Shown here piece by piece: positions 54,501 to 64,000 of a stretch of 64,000 nucleotides of DNA (position 1 is the stretch's first letter; each line of letters opens with the position of its first letter). The notes beneath the pieces are model-generated. The model did not search any database, was not told the DNA's origin, and saw only the letters and a program-made list of their open reading frames with translations. This stretch comes from Eledone cirrhosa (Eukaryota). The position numbers and the translations under genes were made by a program. The DNA lies in NCBI GenBank assembly GCA_964016885.1, contig OZ024753.1, forward strand, positions 23,622,001 through 23,686,000. Reading direction: 5' to 3'.

Positions 54501-55276
54501 CACTGTGTTACTTGTATCCTACCTCTCTGTGGGACACTGTGTTACTTTTATCCTACATCTCTGTGGGACACTGTGTTACTTGTATCCTACGTCTCTGTGG
54601 GACACTGTGTTACTTGTAACCTACTTCTCTGTGGGACACTGTGTTACTTGTATCCTACCTCTCTGTGGGACACTGTGTTACTTGTATCCTACGTCTCTGT
54701 GGGACACTGTGTTACTTGTTACCTACTTCTCTGTGGGACACTGTGTTACTTGTATCCTACGTCTCTGTTGGACACTGTGCTACTTGTATCCTACGTCTCT
54801 GTGGGACACTGTGTTACTTGTAACCTACTTCTCTGTGGGACACTGTGTTACTTGTATCCTACCTCTCTGTGGGACACTGTGTTACTTGTATCCTACGTCT
54901 CTGTGGGACACTGTGTTACTTGTAACCTACTTCTCTGTGGGACACTGTGTTCCTTGTATCCTACGTCTCTGTTGGACACTGTGTTACTTGTATCCCACCT
55001 CTCTGTTGGACACTGTGTTACTTGTATCCTACCTCTCTGTGGGACACTGTGTTACTTTTATCCTACATCTCTGTGGACACTGTGTTACTTGTATCCTACG
55101 TCTCTGTGGGACACTGTGTTACTTGTATCCTACCTCTCTGTGGGACACTGTGTTACTTGTATCCTACATCTCTGTGGACACTGTGTTACTTGTATCCTAC
55201 GTCTCTGTGGGACACTGTGTTACTTGTATCCTACCTCTCTGTGGGACACTGTGTTACTTGTATCCTACCTCTCTGT
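36517..55276. repeat. Satellite B: 34-bp tandem array, consensus CTGTGGGACACTGTGTTACTTGTATCC(C/T)ACCT(C/T)T, about 550 monomers, with shorter 30-32 bp deletion variants
   Basis: Period 34 throughout. Both ends are visible in the window. Identical variant blocks recur at kilobase offsets. Confidence 0.99.
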
Positions 55277-56580
55277 AGGGATTTGGCTCTAATTCTGCCA
55301 GATTATTCGAACAAAAATACTACTTCGTTTTTGCTATTGATGGAAATCTTCTTCTTCTCTCTTGTGTGAAATTGGATAATTTCAGCTCGTTCCTGCAATT
55401 GAATGGGACACTAATCAATTATCCTATAGCTGTGGCTATGTTTTATACCGGCTTATTGTACCTCTTGTAGAAGGAATGATTCTCATACCGGACATGTGGT
55501 TATTCCAGATTTAAAGACAGTGGAACGATTTACTGATACTGGATATAACATTATCAATTATTCCTTTGAAAATAGTTGAGTTGCCTCCAATTCTCAGCTG
55601 GGTTCAGTTGAATGTTGACTTCGAAAACGCCCGGTTAGTTTTCACTCTGTGTTGAGAAGAAAGGAGGACTGGGTATTGAGACTAGTTGATTTAACTTCAT
55701 TAACCAAAATAGCTACAAATGCGGCAAGCAGGTACCTGATCTAAGAGTGGGCCCATGGCAAGGCTTAAAACCACATGGAATGGAAATCTCTCGTCACCCA
55801 ATGTTCTATAGGAAGATAAGGGAACTAAATTAGTAGTTTGTACCTATTTACAGCTACATCACTTTGAGTAAGTGGGGCTTTGAATGTATTAAGCATTAAC
55901 ACAGCATAACTCATATGTTTATACGTTAGCCCGGCATTAAATCAACTTCACTGTGATGTATTTGAAGAGAACATAGTGTTTCGCAATTTAATATCTGAAA
56001 ACTTTCTCTCTTCCACCGCTATCTTTCTCTTCACCTCCCTCACTTACCCACTCCCTTATTTCCCCCTGTATCTTTCTATTTACCTCTCTCTTTGTCTCTT
56101 ATATCTATGTCTCATTTTCAGTAACCGTTCTGATAAAATGCTGAAGCTTACAGTATTCTGCTCTACAGCGAACTCTACTCAATTAATCAGTCAAGCGGTT
56201 GTCTATGGGAAATAATAACTATCTCTACTGCGGTATGATTGTCAGTGTTCATTGACTTCTATATACACTATATCCTTCAAATAGTTTTAGTAGTTACAAC
56301 TTATATAATACAGAACATTTCAAGCTGCTTTGCTTATATCACAGGCTATATCAAAATCAATGAATTCAGAATTAAGAACGGAGGCTGATGTATTTATGTA
56401 TGGCTTCGGTTGCGTGATATGGCTATCATTAGATGAACTTATAACTAGAAGATTGGGCGCTGTGTTAGAAATTGTAGCTCAGCTTTCATTATCAATTCTA
56501 TTTATCAATTTATTTCAAATACCTACATTGATGCTCTCATGGCTATAGATTAAAATGGTCTCTCCCAGTTTCTTTCTATC

Positions 56581-56641
56581 ACTCACACACTCACACATGC
56601 CCACAATCAGGCTTACAATCACACGCATACGCACACGCATA

Positions 56642-56732
<91 letters not shown>

Positions 56733-56736
56733 ACAC
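56581..56736. repeat. (CA)n microsatellite, pure from about 56644 to 56726, with degenerate flanks
   Basis: Direct reading. A short (GT)n tract follows at about 56801-56829. Confidence 0.96.
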
Positions 56737-57547
56737 TCAGATTGTCTTACGCCTTTGCTCTCTCCATTTACAACTAGCTCATCAAACATGTTGATCGAGT
56801 ATGTGTGCGTGTGTGTGTGTGTGTGCGTGGATGTAGACGTATTATTTCTATGTCATCGTTAGTGATCTATCAATTTCAGATTTCCCCATCATACGACATT
56901 AATCGTATCAAGATGAAATACGTCAAGTTATTTGTAAGGCTATAGCTGAAAAAATAGGCGTCAGAATCCAAATTGCCATAAATTCCAATGACAGACTACA
57001 GGGGAAATATAGAAATAATATTAGAATAGAATTCATTACACCTCTGTGGGTCAACATTAGACCTTCAGGTAGACCTTTTTATCAAATGAGGAAATTACAT
57101 ATGAAGGAAAACTGAAAACCATTGTGTCTCATAGAAGAGAAAAAAGCTGCACTTATGACCTTTTGTAGAAGATTGTGAGACTGATAGCAGAAAGAGAGGT
57201 AATAATTATGACTCATAGGTTACTGCAGTAGTGGTAAAAACTCCGAAGAGAGCTGGACAGCAGAAGGGTTTCAGAGAAGAAACATCGCTCAAGCAAGTGT
57301 TTCGTCCCTTCGTATCGGCATATGAAGTTCATCTCGAACCAAATACCTGATTGGAATGTTTACGACAGAGGGGACTTCACTGAAGGCACCCAAGGAGTAT
57401 GGATTAACCCTACTGACAAATTGGTAGAAACCTTTGAACATCGACCGAAAGATATTCTCTATAACATTTATTCCAGATCCTTCCATTCTGACGAGGACAA
57501 CTTTATTCCCCATTCTTCTGTGGGTGATGAAGTATCAGTCTACAGCA

Positions 57548-57675
57548 GTGAACTAGTAGAATCGATAGAGCGTTGGACGGGATGACTAGTGTTATTTCTT
57601 CCGTATCATTGCGTTCTGAGTTAAAGTTTCACCATGGCCCTTTTGGATAGTAGACTTAATTAGTCGTCCAGTTTA
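57548..57675 (+). mobile_element. Degenerate SINE head of the 29413/58603 family
   Basis: GTGAACTAGTAGAATCGATAGAGCGTTGGACG...TTCTGAGTTAAAGTT parallels the reverse complement of 58700-58790 (GTGAATTGGCAGTATCGGTAGAGGGTCGGACG...TTCTGAGTTCAAATC). Confidence 0.6.
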
Positions 57676-58013
57676 ATACCTCAACATGGTCATTTGGTGT
57701 ACCTAGCAGAGTCTAGTCTGTTTTCAAGGATTCGGATCACATCTCCAGTTAGAAGATGTATTCCTTCCTCAAGTCACTCTCGGAATCTTTGCAAAAACAA
57801 AAGCGATAGAAATGTTTATACTACAGGAGTTTGCACAATTTCTGTATAACTGATTACACACACAAAGCTTGGGTCAACCTGTAGTTATAGTATATTTTCA
57901 TTTGTAAGCACAAGTGACGTGCTTCGTCCTCGACAGCAGCAGATGCTCGGCAGATGTAATATCGTATACGTGGAGAAATGTCAGTATTTGTATTGTTAAA
58001 TAAATATCCAGTA

Positions 58014-58110
58014 TGGCCATAGCATGGCCGAGTGGTTAAGAAGTTCTCTCACAATCATTAGGTCCCAGATTTGATCCTACTGCATAACATTTTGGGTAAG
58101 TGTCATCCGA
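58014..58110 (+). mobile_element. Degenerate tRNA-derived SINE head of a third type
   Basis: A box TGGCCGAGTGGTTAAG, decayed B box GATTTGATCCT, then TTGGGTAAGTGTC. Confidence 0.5.
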
Positions 58111-58222
58111 CCCTTCTATCTGGGAGTTGATATGGAACAAAATACAAAACACTGTGTGGAGGAGGGATTAGGTACGAATTGCCAAATCACCATTTAGTTG
58201 TCTAGTTTTTATCACATTAGAC

Positions 58223-58553
58223 CAGCGTTTCTCAACTTATTTACCTTTGTGGGGCCTTTGAAATATTTGTCATGTGATGGGGAACCCTTGCATAAAATCA
58301 CATACCGTAACTATCTCTTTATCGTAGTTCATGTAGTAAACAATATCTTTATAATATAAGAGGTTGAATCCTTTGTTATAATAACCCAGGATTTCCAATA
58401 ATATGCCGGACGTGAAGAATACAATTACCAATATAAAATTTAACAAAATATACTCAAAAATGCAGTAGCTTATTTATCCCTGTTTCTCGCGGAGCCCCTA
58501 GGGACCTCTTATAGAACCCTGAGGTGTCGGGAAGAACTACTTGAGAAACGCTG
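58223..58553. mobile_element. Non-autonomous hAT (Charlie-like) DNA transposon / MITE, 331 bp
   Basis: Perfect 13-bp terminal inverted repeats CAGCGTTTCTCAA (58223) and TTGAGAAACGCTG (58541-58553). The 8-bp TSD reads CATTAGAC (58215-58222) and GATTAGAC (58554-58561), 7 of 8 matching. CAG termini with an 8-bp TSD are typical of hAT. Confidence 0.9.
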
Positions 58554-58602
58554 GATTAGACATTCAAGATTTCCATTGCGTAAAAGATATTAGGAAAATA
58601 AT

Positions 58603-58791
58603 TGTTTCTACTTTTGGCACAAGGCCAGCAATTACCCAGTGCATTACTGGTACTTTATTTTATCGACCCCGTAAGGATGAAAGGCAAAGTTAACCTCGGC
58701 GGGATTTGAACTCAGAATGGAAAGGGCCGTAACTCTATGCGTCAAAGCATGGCGTCCGACCCTCTACCGATACTGCCAATTCACCGCTCTT
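58603..58791 (-). mobile_element. tRNA-derived SINE with Meta-like domain and a 10-bp TSD
   Basis: B box GAGTTCAAATCC and central GCCTTTCATCCTTACGGGGTCGATAAAATAAAGTACCAG on the minus strand. Flanking direct repeat GGAAAATAAT at 58593-58602 and 58792-58801. Confidence 0.85.
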
Positions 58792-59255
58792 GGAAAATAA
58801 TAACCAAAACAAATAAACAAAATTATTCGCCATATTTGAATAATCTATTTAAAATATTGCTGAATTCTTGGTTTTACAGATTTTTTTTGTGTTTTTGTTT
58901 TTTAATTTATTTCTGCATCCATTTTCCCTTTTGTTTCATTTTAAATAAAAATGACGACTATATTGTTTGGCAAGAGAAGGTTATTTTTGATTATTTAAAA
59001 TATTAATTTTCCACCAAACAAACAAGATATTCACCTTTATTCTGACACTATCTTCAATCCTGATTCTGCTTATGAGAAAATAATCACAGTTGTCAGCATA
59101 GCATCGACCAAAAAGATGGACGAAATACAGTAAAAAAGAGTAAACACGTCCACACTATAATTAGCAAACCGCCATTGTCTTTTGGAATAACCCAGCACGA
59201 ACAGAAAGAATAATAAAATATTAATCTTTTATTTCATTTAATTTTGCTGCCACTA

Positions 59256-59440
59256 CCTTTCTCTTTCTCAAACTCTTTCTTTTTGTCGCTCTCTTTCTCT
59301 TTCTCTCTAGCTTCCCCCTCTCTCTTTCTATTTCTATTTTTCTTTCTCTCCCTCCCTCTGTCTCTCCTTTTCTCCGTCTGTATGTATCAGTCTGTCTCTG
59401 TCTCTCACTAGGTCTCTCTCTCTCTCTCTCCCTCTTTCGT
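59256..59440. repeat. Degenerate (CT)n low-complexity tract
   Basis: Direct reading. Confidence 0.8.
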
Positions 59441-59816
59441 TTTAGTACCATTTTAGCTAACTTTCGTTTCTTTTTTCTCTATTCATTTCTTAAAATTTCT
59501 TTACTCTCCAAATCATATTCAATCCGACATTCTATCTCTATAAGTATCTATACCAGTAAAGTCTCAGAGCGGAGTTTCTGAGCAGCAGTGTTACTTAATG
59601 AAAGCTGGCCGTACAAAGAAAATATGTTTGGACAAAGATCGGGACAAAGAATGAGAACCTGAGAATATCCAGGACTTTTCTGTTGATTTCTTACGAATGA
59701 AACAGTTTTAGTCCTGTAGAAGTAATTTCTATAATGACATAAACATTACTCTGCTCTACTAATATATTGAGTACTTTTTTTAACTGTGGTCACCTCCAGA
59801 TATACATGGAGAATCC

Positions 59817-60025
59817 ATATATATATATATATAATCAGTTGGAATCAGGATAGAATCAGTTTGAAACTGGTTAGCCCATTACTCAACAGAGTACTGGATA
59901 TTGGGGTAGTTGAATATGTTTATAAAGAGTCGGGAGCCGACGGTTGTTACCGTTTCAACAGCTACTTCAAGACTGTTGAAACGGTAACAGCTCAGCTGTC
60001 GGGTCACAACATCTTTATAATATAT
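59817..60025. other. About 200-bp (TA)n-flanked segment with a perfect 17-bp hairpin; probably an unclassified repeat
   Basis: TGTTACCGTTTCAACAG (59945-59961) and CTGTTGAAACGGTAACA (59973-59989) with an 11-nt loop. AT runs lie on both sides once the Tx1 insertion is removed. Confidence 0.5.
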
Positions 60026-61011
60026 GTTTCTTTTATTTGCCACTAGGGCATCAAAAGTGGGACAAGTACAAAGGGGGGAGTTTACACAAAAAGGCGTCCT
60101 CAATAAGGAGGAGGCAATAACAAAATATAAAAATAAAATAAGATATAACCAAAAATAAAATTTTTAACAAAATCCTCAATAGAGAGGAGGCGCCTTGGGG
60201 GGTCGCACACACCCCCGAAAAAAGTGTGCAACCCTTCTCCTCAGGAGCACAGAGAAGGGGTGCTCCCTTGGTCTTTCATCTTCCTCACCTATAGTCTGAT
60301 GTAGAGTGAAGGCCCATTCACACGGGCCATTCTCGCCACTTTCACCCATCTTTCATAGAAACGGCTGGGGTGCAGCACCTCTCTCTCCATCCTGATCCTT
60401 CTTCCGAAATGATATCGGAAGAAACGGACCAGTTGTTGGCCAGAGAGAAAGGTGCCTGACCTCAGTCCTTTTAGACGCGTCCACCATACAACCTCTTTCG
60501 CCATGGCTATTACGCACAGAAACACCGCCTCTGCTTCATCTTTGAAGGGGGGAGGCGGCTTGATCATTACAATAGACTCGGTGGTCAACCGGATCGGTCC
60601 CACCCTTGACAGCAGTTGTTCGACATAGCCCCACAGATCGGCTACGCCCGAGCAGTGTACCAATGCGTGTGCAACGGTTTCCTCGTCGCACACGCATCTG
60701 GGACAGATCTTTTTGGCGGGGTCCCTACCCGGGCGCCCGTGTCTGTAGAGCCTTTCTCGAACGGGTAAAGCCCCTCGGTAGCACTGCCAGGCCAGGGACT
60801 TCTGGAAATTGTCCATAGGTCCTGGGCTGAATGTCCTACCGAACAGGCTGGCCAGTTCGTCCTCCTCCATGTCTAGGGCTTCTCCGAGGGCGTCGTCGCA
60901 CCTGCTGCGTACCAGCCCTCTATAGAATGTTGCGGTGGAGTCTCCACTGATAACCGGATCCGCCTGCCAGAGGGCGGTGAGCGCCTGGGCACACTCAGTG
61001 TGCCAGGCGCC
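60026..61011 (-). mobile_element. 5'-truncated L1/Tx1-type non-LTR retrotransposon, 986 bp, with a 16-bp TSD
   Basis: Identical CATCTTTATAATATAT at 60010-60025 and 61012-61027. The minus strand ends ...GGCAAATAAAAGAAAC, containing AATAAA. The body is GC-richer than the flanks and encodes an ORF2 C-terminus. Confidence 0.92.
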
Positions 61012-61014
61012 CAT
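60289..61014 (-). CDS. C-terminal fragment of an L1/Tx1 ORF2 with zf-RVT-like zinc knuckle, 241 aa counted from the ATG at the junction
   Basis: AWQCYRGALPVRERL...CPRC..EETVAHALVHC..V..LW...AKEVVWWTR matches the W....LP / CxxC-ET-H-C / K..IW..R pattern of L1/Tx1 ORF2 C-termini. There are no stops or frameshifts. The track's upstream 39 codons lie outside the element. Confidence 0.8.
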   Translation of the reverse strand: MGAWHTECAQALTALWQADPVISGDSTATFYRGLVRSRCDDALGEALDMEEDELASLFGRTFSPGPMDNFQKSLAWQCYRGALPVRERLYRHGRPGRDPAKKICPRCVCDEETVAHALVHCSGVADLWGYVEQLLSRVGPIRLTTESIVMIKPPPPFKDEAEAVFLCVIAMAKEVVWWTRLKGLRSGTFLSGQQLVRFFRYHFGRRIRMEREVLHPSRFYERWVKVARMARVNGPSLYIRL

Positions 61015-61532
61015 CTTTATAATATATATATGAAGATAGTAATTTTGTGTAGGTGTGTGTAGATTGTCAGTGTATGTAACGATAAATAACAGTTTGGGGG
61101 AATATAAGAAAATAAGGGTTGAATAAATCACGTATTCTAATTCGATTAAGTGACTTTGGTTTAAGTCTATTGAAATATTTCTTCCTTTGATCCCTTACAA
61201 AAGAAAACTTCATCTAACTCAGCAAATAACTTGAGACTTTATTTCAAATATTTCAGTTAATGGAGAGGCGTCACTTTATATTTCAGAGGCCGAGAGAAAA
61301 AGAAAATGTTCCTCTTTCTCAACATGAGTCTATGTGTTTTCTTAAATATATATCGGGGTACAAGTGTACAAGACCGAGAATCCTCTCTTTCGAACAATGA
61401 GATATCTAACGGATGACAGTGCCGATACTTTTAATGTCAGTAACGCACAAACACAACTCGCGTTCAAGTTGTCTGTTTTGTTGGTTATTTATAAAATGAG
61501 AAATATATTAATGAGATCAGAAAACGAAGCAG

Positions 61533-61642
61533 CTTCTTCTTCTTCTTCTTCTTCTTCTTCTTCTTCTTCTTCTTCTTCTTCTTCTTCTTCTTCTTCTTCT
61601 TCTTCTTCTTCTTCTTCTTCTTCTTCTTCTTCTTCTTCTTCT

Positions 61643-61730
<88 letters not shown>
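61533..61730. repeat. Compound trinucleotide microsatellite (CTT)n followed by (TCG)n
   Basis: Pure CTT at 61533-61644, then pure TCG to about 61730. Confidence 0.98.
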
Positions 61731-64000
61731 TACCCCACTTTCTATACCCTTCATTACTCCTCTTTCTATACCCTTCGTTACTCCTCTTTCTATACCCTTC
61801 GTTACTCCTCTTTCTATACCCTTCGTTACTCCTCTTTCTATACTCTCCGTTACTCCTCTTTCTATACTCTTCATTACTCCTCTTTCTATACTCTTCCTTA
61901 CTCCTCTTTCTATACCCTTCGTTACTCCTCTTTCTATACCCTTCGTTACTCCTCTTTCTATACTCTCCGTTACTCCTCTTTCTATACTCTTCATTACTCC
62001 TCTTTATATACCCTTCGGTACTCCTCTTTCTATACCCTTCGTTACTCCACTTTCTATACCCTTCATTACTCCTCTTTCTATACCCTTCGTTACTCCTCTT
62101 TCTATACCCTTCGTTACTCCTCTTTCTATACCCTTCGTTACTCCTCTTTCTATACTCTCCGTTACTCCTCTTTCTATACTCTTCATTACTCCTCTTTCTA
62201 TACTCTTCCTTACCCCTCTCTTCTATACCCTTCGTTACCCCTCTCTTCTATACCCTTCGTTACCCCTCTCTTCTATACCCTTCGATACTCCTCTCTTCTA
62301 TACCCTTCGTTACTCCTCTTTCTATACCCTTCGTTACCCCTCTTTCTATATCCTTCGTTACTCTTCTTTTTATACTGTTCGTTACCCCTCTTTCTATACC
62401 CTTCGCTACACCTCATTCTATAACCTTCGTTACCCCTCTTTCTATATCCTTCATTACTCTTCTTTCTATACACTTCGTTACTCCTCTTTCTATACCCTTC
62501 GTTGCTCCTCTTTCTATACCCTTCGTTACTCCTCTTTCTATACCCTTCGTTACCCCTCTTTCTATACCCTTCGTTACTCTTCTTTTTTATACTGTTCGTT
62601 ACCCCTCTTTCTATACCCTTCGCTACCCCTCTTTCTATACACTTCGTTACCCCTCTTTCTATACCCTTCGTTACCCCTCTTTCTATACTCTTCGTTACTC
62701 CTCATTCTATACCCTTCCTTACTCCTCTTTCTATACCCTTCGATACTCCCCTTTCTATACCCATCGTTACTCCTCTTTCTATACCCTTCGTTACTCCTCT
62801 TTCTATACCCTTCGTTACTCCTCTTTCTATACCCTTCGTTACTCCTCTTTCTATACCCTTCACTACTCTTCTTTCTATACTGTTCGTTACCCCTCTTTCT
62901 ATACACTTCGTTACTCCTCTTTCTATACCCTTCGTTACTCCTCTTTCTATACCCTTCGTTACTCCTCTTTCTATACCCTTCGTTACTCCTCTTTCTATAT
63001 CCTTCATTACTCTTCTTTCTATACTGTTCGTTATCCCTCTTTCTATACCCTTCGATACCCCTCTTTCTATAACCCTTCGTTACTCCTCTTTCTATACCCT
63101 TCGTTACTCCTCATTCTATACTCTTCGTTACTCCTCTTTCTATATACTTCGTTACTCCTCTTTCTATACCCTTCGTCACCCCTCTTTCTATACCCTTCGT
63201 TACTCCTCTTTCTATACTCTTCGTTATTCCTCTTTCTATATACTTTGTTACTCCTCTTTCTATACCCTTCGTCACCCCTCTTTCTATACCCTTCGTTACT
63301 CCTCTTTCTATACCCTTCGTCACCCCTCTTTCTATACCCTTCGTTACTCCTCTTTCTATACTCTTCGTTACTCCTCTTTCTATACCCTTCGTTACTCCTC
63401 TTTGTATACTCTTCGGTACTCCTCTTTCTATACTCTTCATTACTCCTCTTTCTATACCCTTCGTTACTCCTCTTTCTATACTCTTCATTACTCCTCTTTC
63501 TATATCCTTCGTTACTCCTCTTTCTATACCCTTCGTTACCCCTCTTTCTATACCCTTCGTTACCCCTCTTTCTATACCCTTCATTACTCCTCTTTCTATA
63601 CCCTTCGTTACCTCTCTTTCTATACCCTTCGTTACTCCTCTTTCTATACTCTTCGTTACTCCTCTTTCTATACCCTTCGTTACTCCTCTTTCTATACTCT
63701 TCTTTACTCCTCTTTCTATATACTTCGTTACTCCTCTTTCTATAGCCTTCGTTACCTCTCTTTCTATACCCTTCGTTACTCCTCTTTCTATACTCTTCGT
63801 TACTCCTCTTTCTATACCCTTCGTTACTCCTCTTTGTATACTCTTCGTTACTCCTCTTTCTATACCCTTCGTTACTCCGCTTTCTATACCCTTCGTTACC
63901 CCTCTTTCTATATCCTTCATTACTCTTCTTTCTATACTGTTCGTTATCCCTCTTTCTATACCCTTCGTTACCCCTCTTTCTATAACCCTTCGTTACTCCT
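61730..64000. repeat. Satellite C: 24-bp minisatellite, consensus TTACTCCTCTTTCTATACCCTTCG, about 95 monomers, continues past the right edge
   Basis: Period 24, which also appears as the 8-aa periodicity LLLFLYPS in the ORF track. Pyrimidine-rich + strand. Confidence 0.98.

Noticed and set aside
36517-55276. CRISPR array suggested by a 34-bp palindromic repeat
   Set aside because: Monomers are head-to-tail with no unique spacers, there are no cas genes, and the context is eukaryotic.
36509-55369. Dozens of long Cys/Leu-rich ORFs, up to 575 aa, as real genes
   Set aside because: They overlap in all three frames and follow from a stop-free 34-bp unit. Indels ignore codon phase.
57289-57585. 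74-aa and 87-aa ORFs, and a possible hammerhead ribozyme near GTTTCGTCCC
   Set aside because: There are no recognisable protein motifs, and the CTGANGA core is absent on either strand.
61012-61131. N-terminal 39 codons of the 280-aa track ORF
   Set aside because: They lie in the TSD and AT-rich flank outside the element.
61364-63920. 793-aa poly-Ser/LLLFLYPS ORF and antisense KGIERGVT ORFs
   Set aside because: These are translations of the trinucleotide and 24-bp repeats, and 1-bp indels switch frames freely.
61730-64000. Common origin of satellites B and C, which share GTTACT
   Set aside because: Only 6 bp are shared between pyrimidine-rich units, which is expected by chance.

Overview
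Gene-free, repeat-dominated animal genomic DNA. The SINE and LINE families look like those I associate with coleoid cephalopods (Octopus); this is recognition from memory, not a database result. About 49 of the 64 kb is three unrelated, strand-asymmetric tandem arrays: a 43-bp purine-rich satellite (1-28003, open at the left edge, nested higher-order periods of 1678/2108, 4771 and about 25149 bp), a 34-bp satellite with an internal hairpin (36517-55276, block offsets of 2163, 3170 and about 7012 bp) and a 24-bp minisatellite (61730-64000, open at the right edge). Between them lie a decayed R4/Dong-type RT plus restriction-like endonuclease retrotransposon in a (TA)n tract, a young 5'-truncated L1/Tx1-type element with a perfect 16-bp target-site duplication (TSD), a hAT-type MITE, several tRNA-derived SINEs and microsatellites. 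Nearly all long ORFs in the track are artefacts of stop-free repeat units. No host gene, CRISPR array or clearly novel protein system is supported. The most interesting signals are where the satellites start (a SINE 3' tail, near a LINE 3' end, a compound microsatellite), their nested structure, and the Tx1-like insertion beside a hairpin element.
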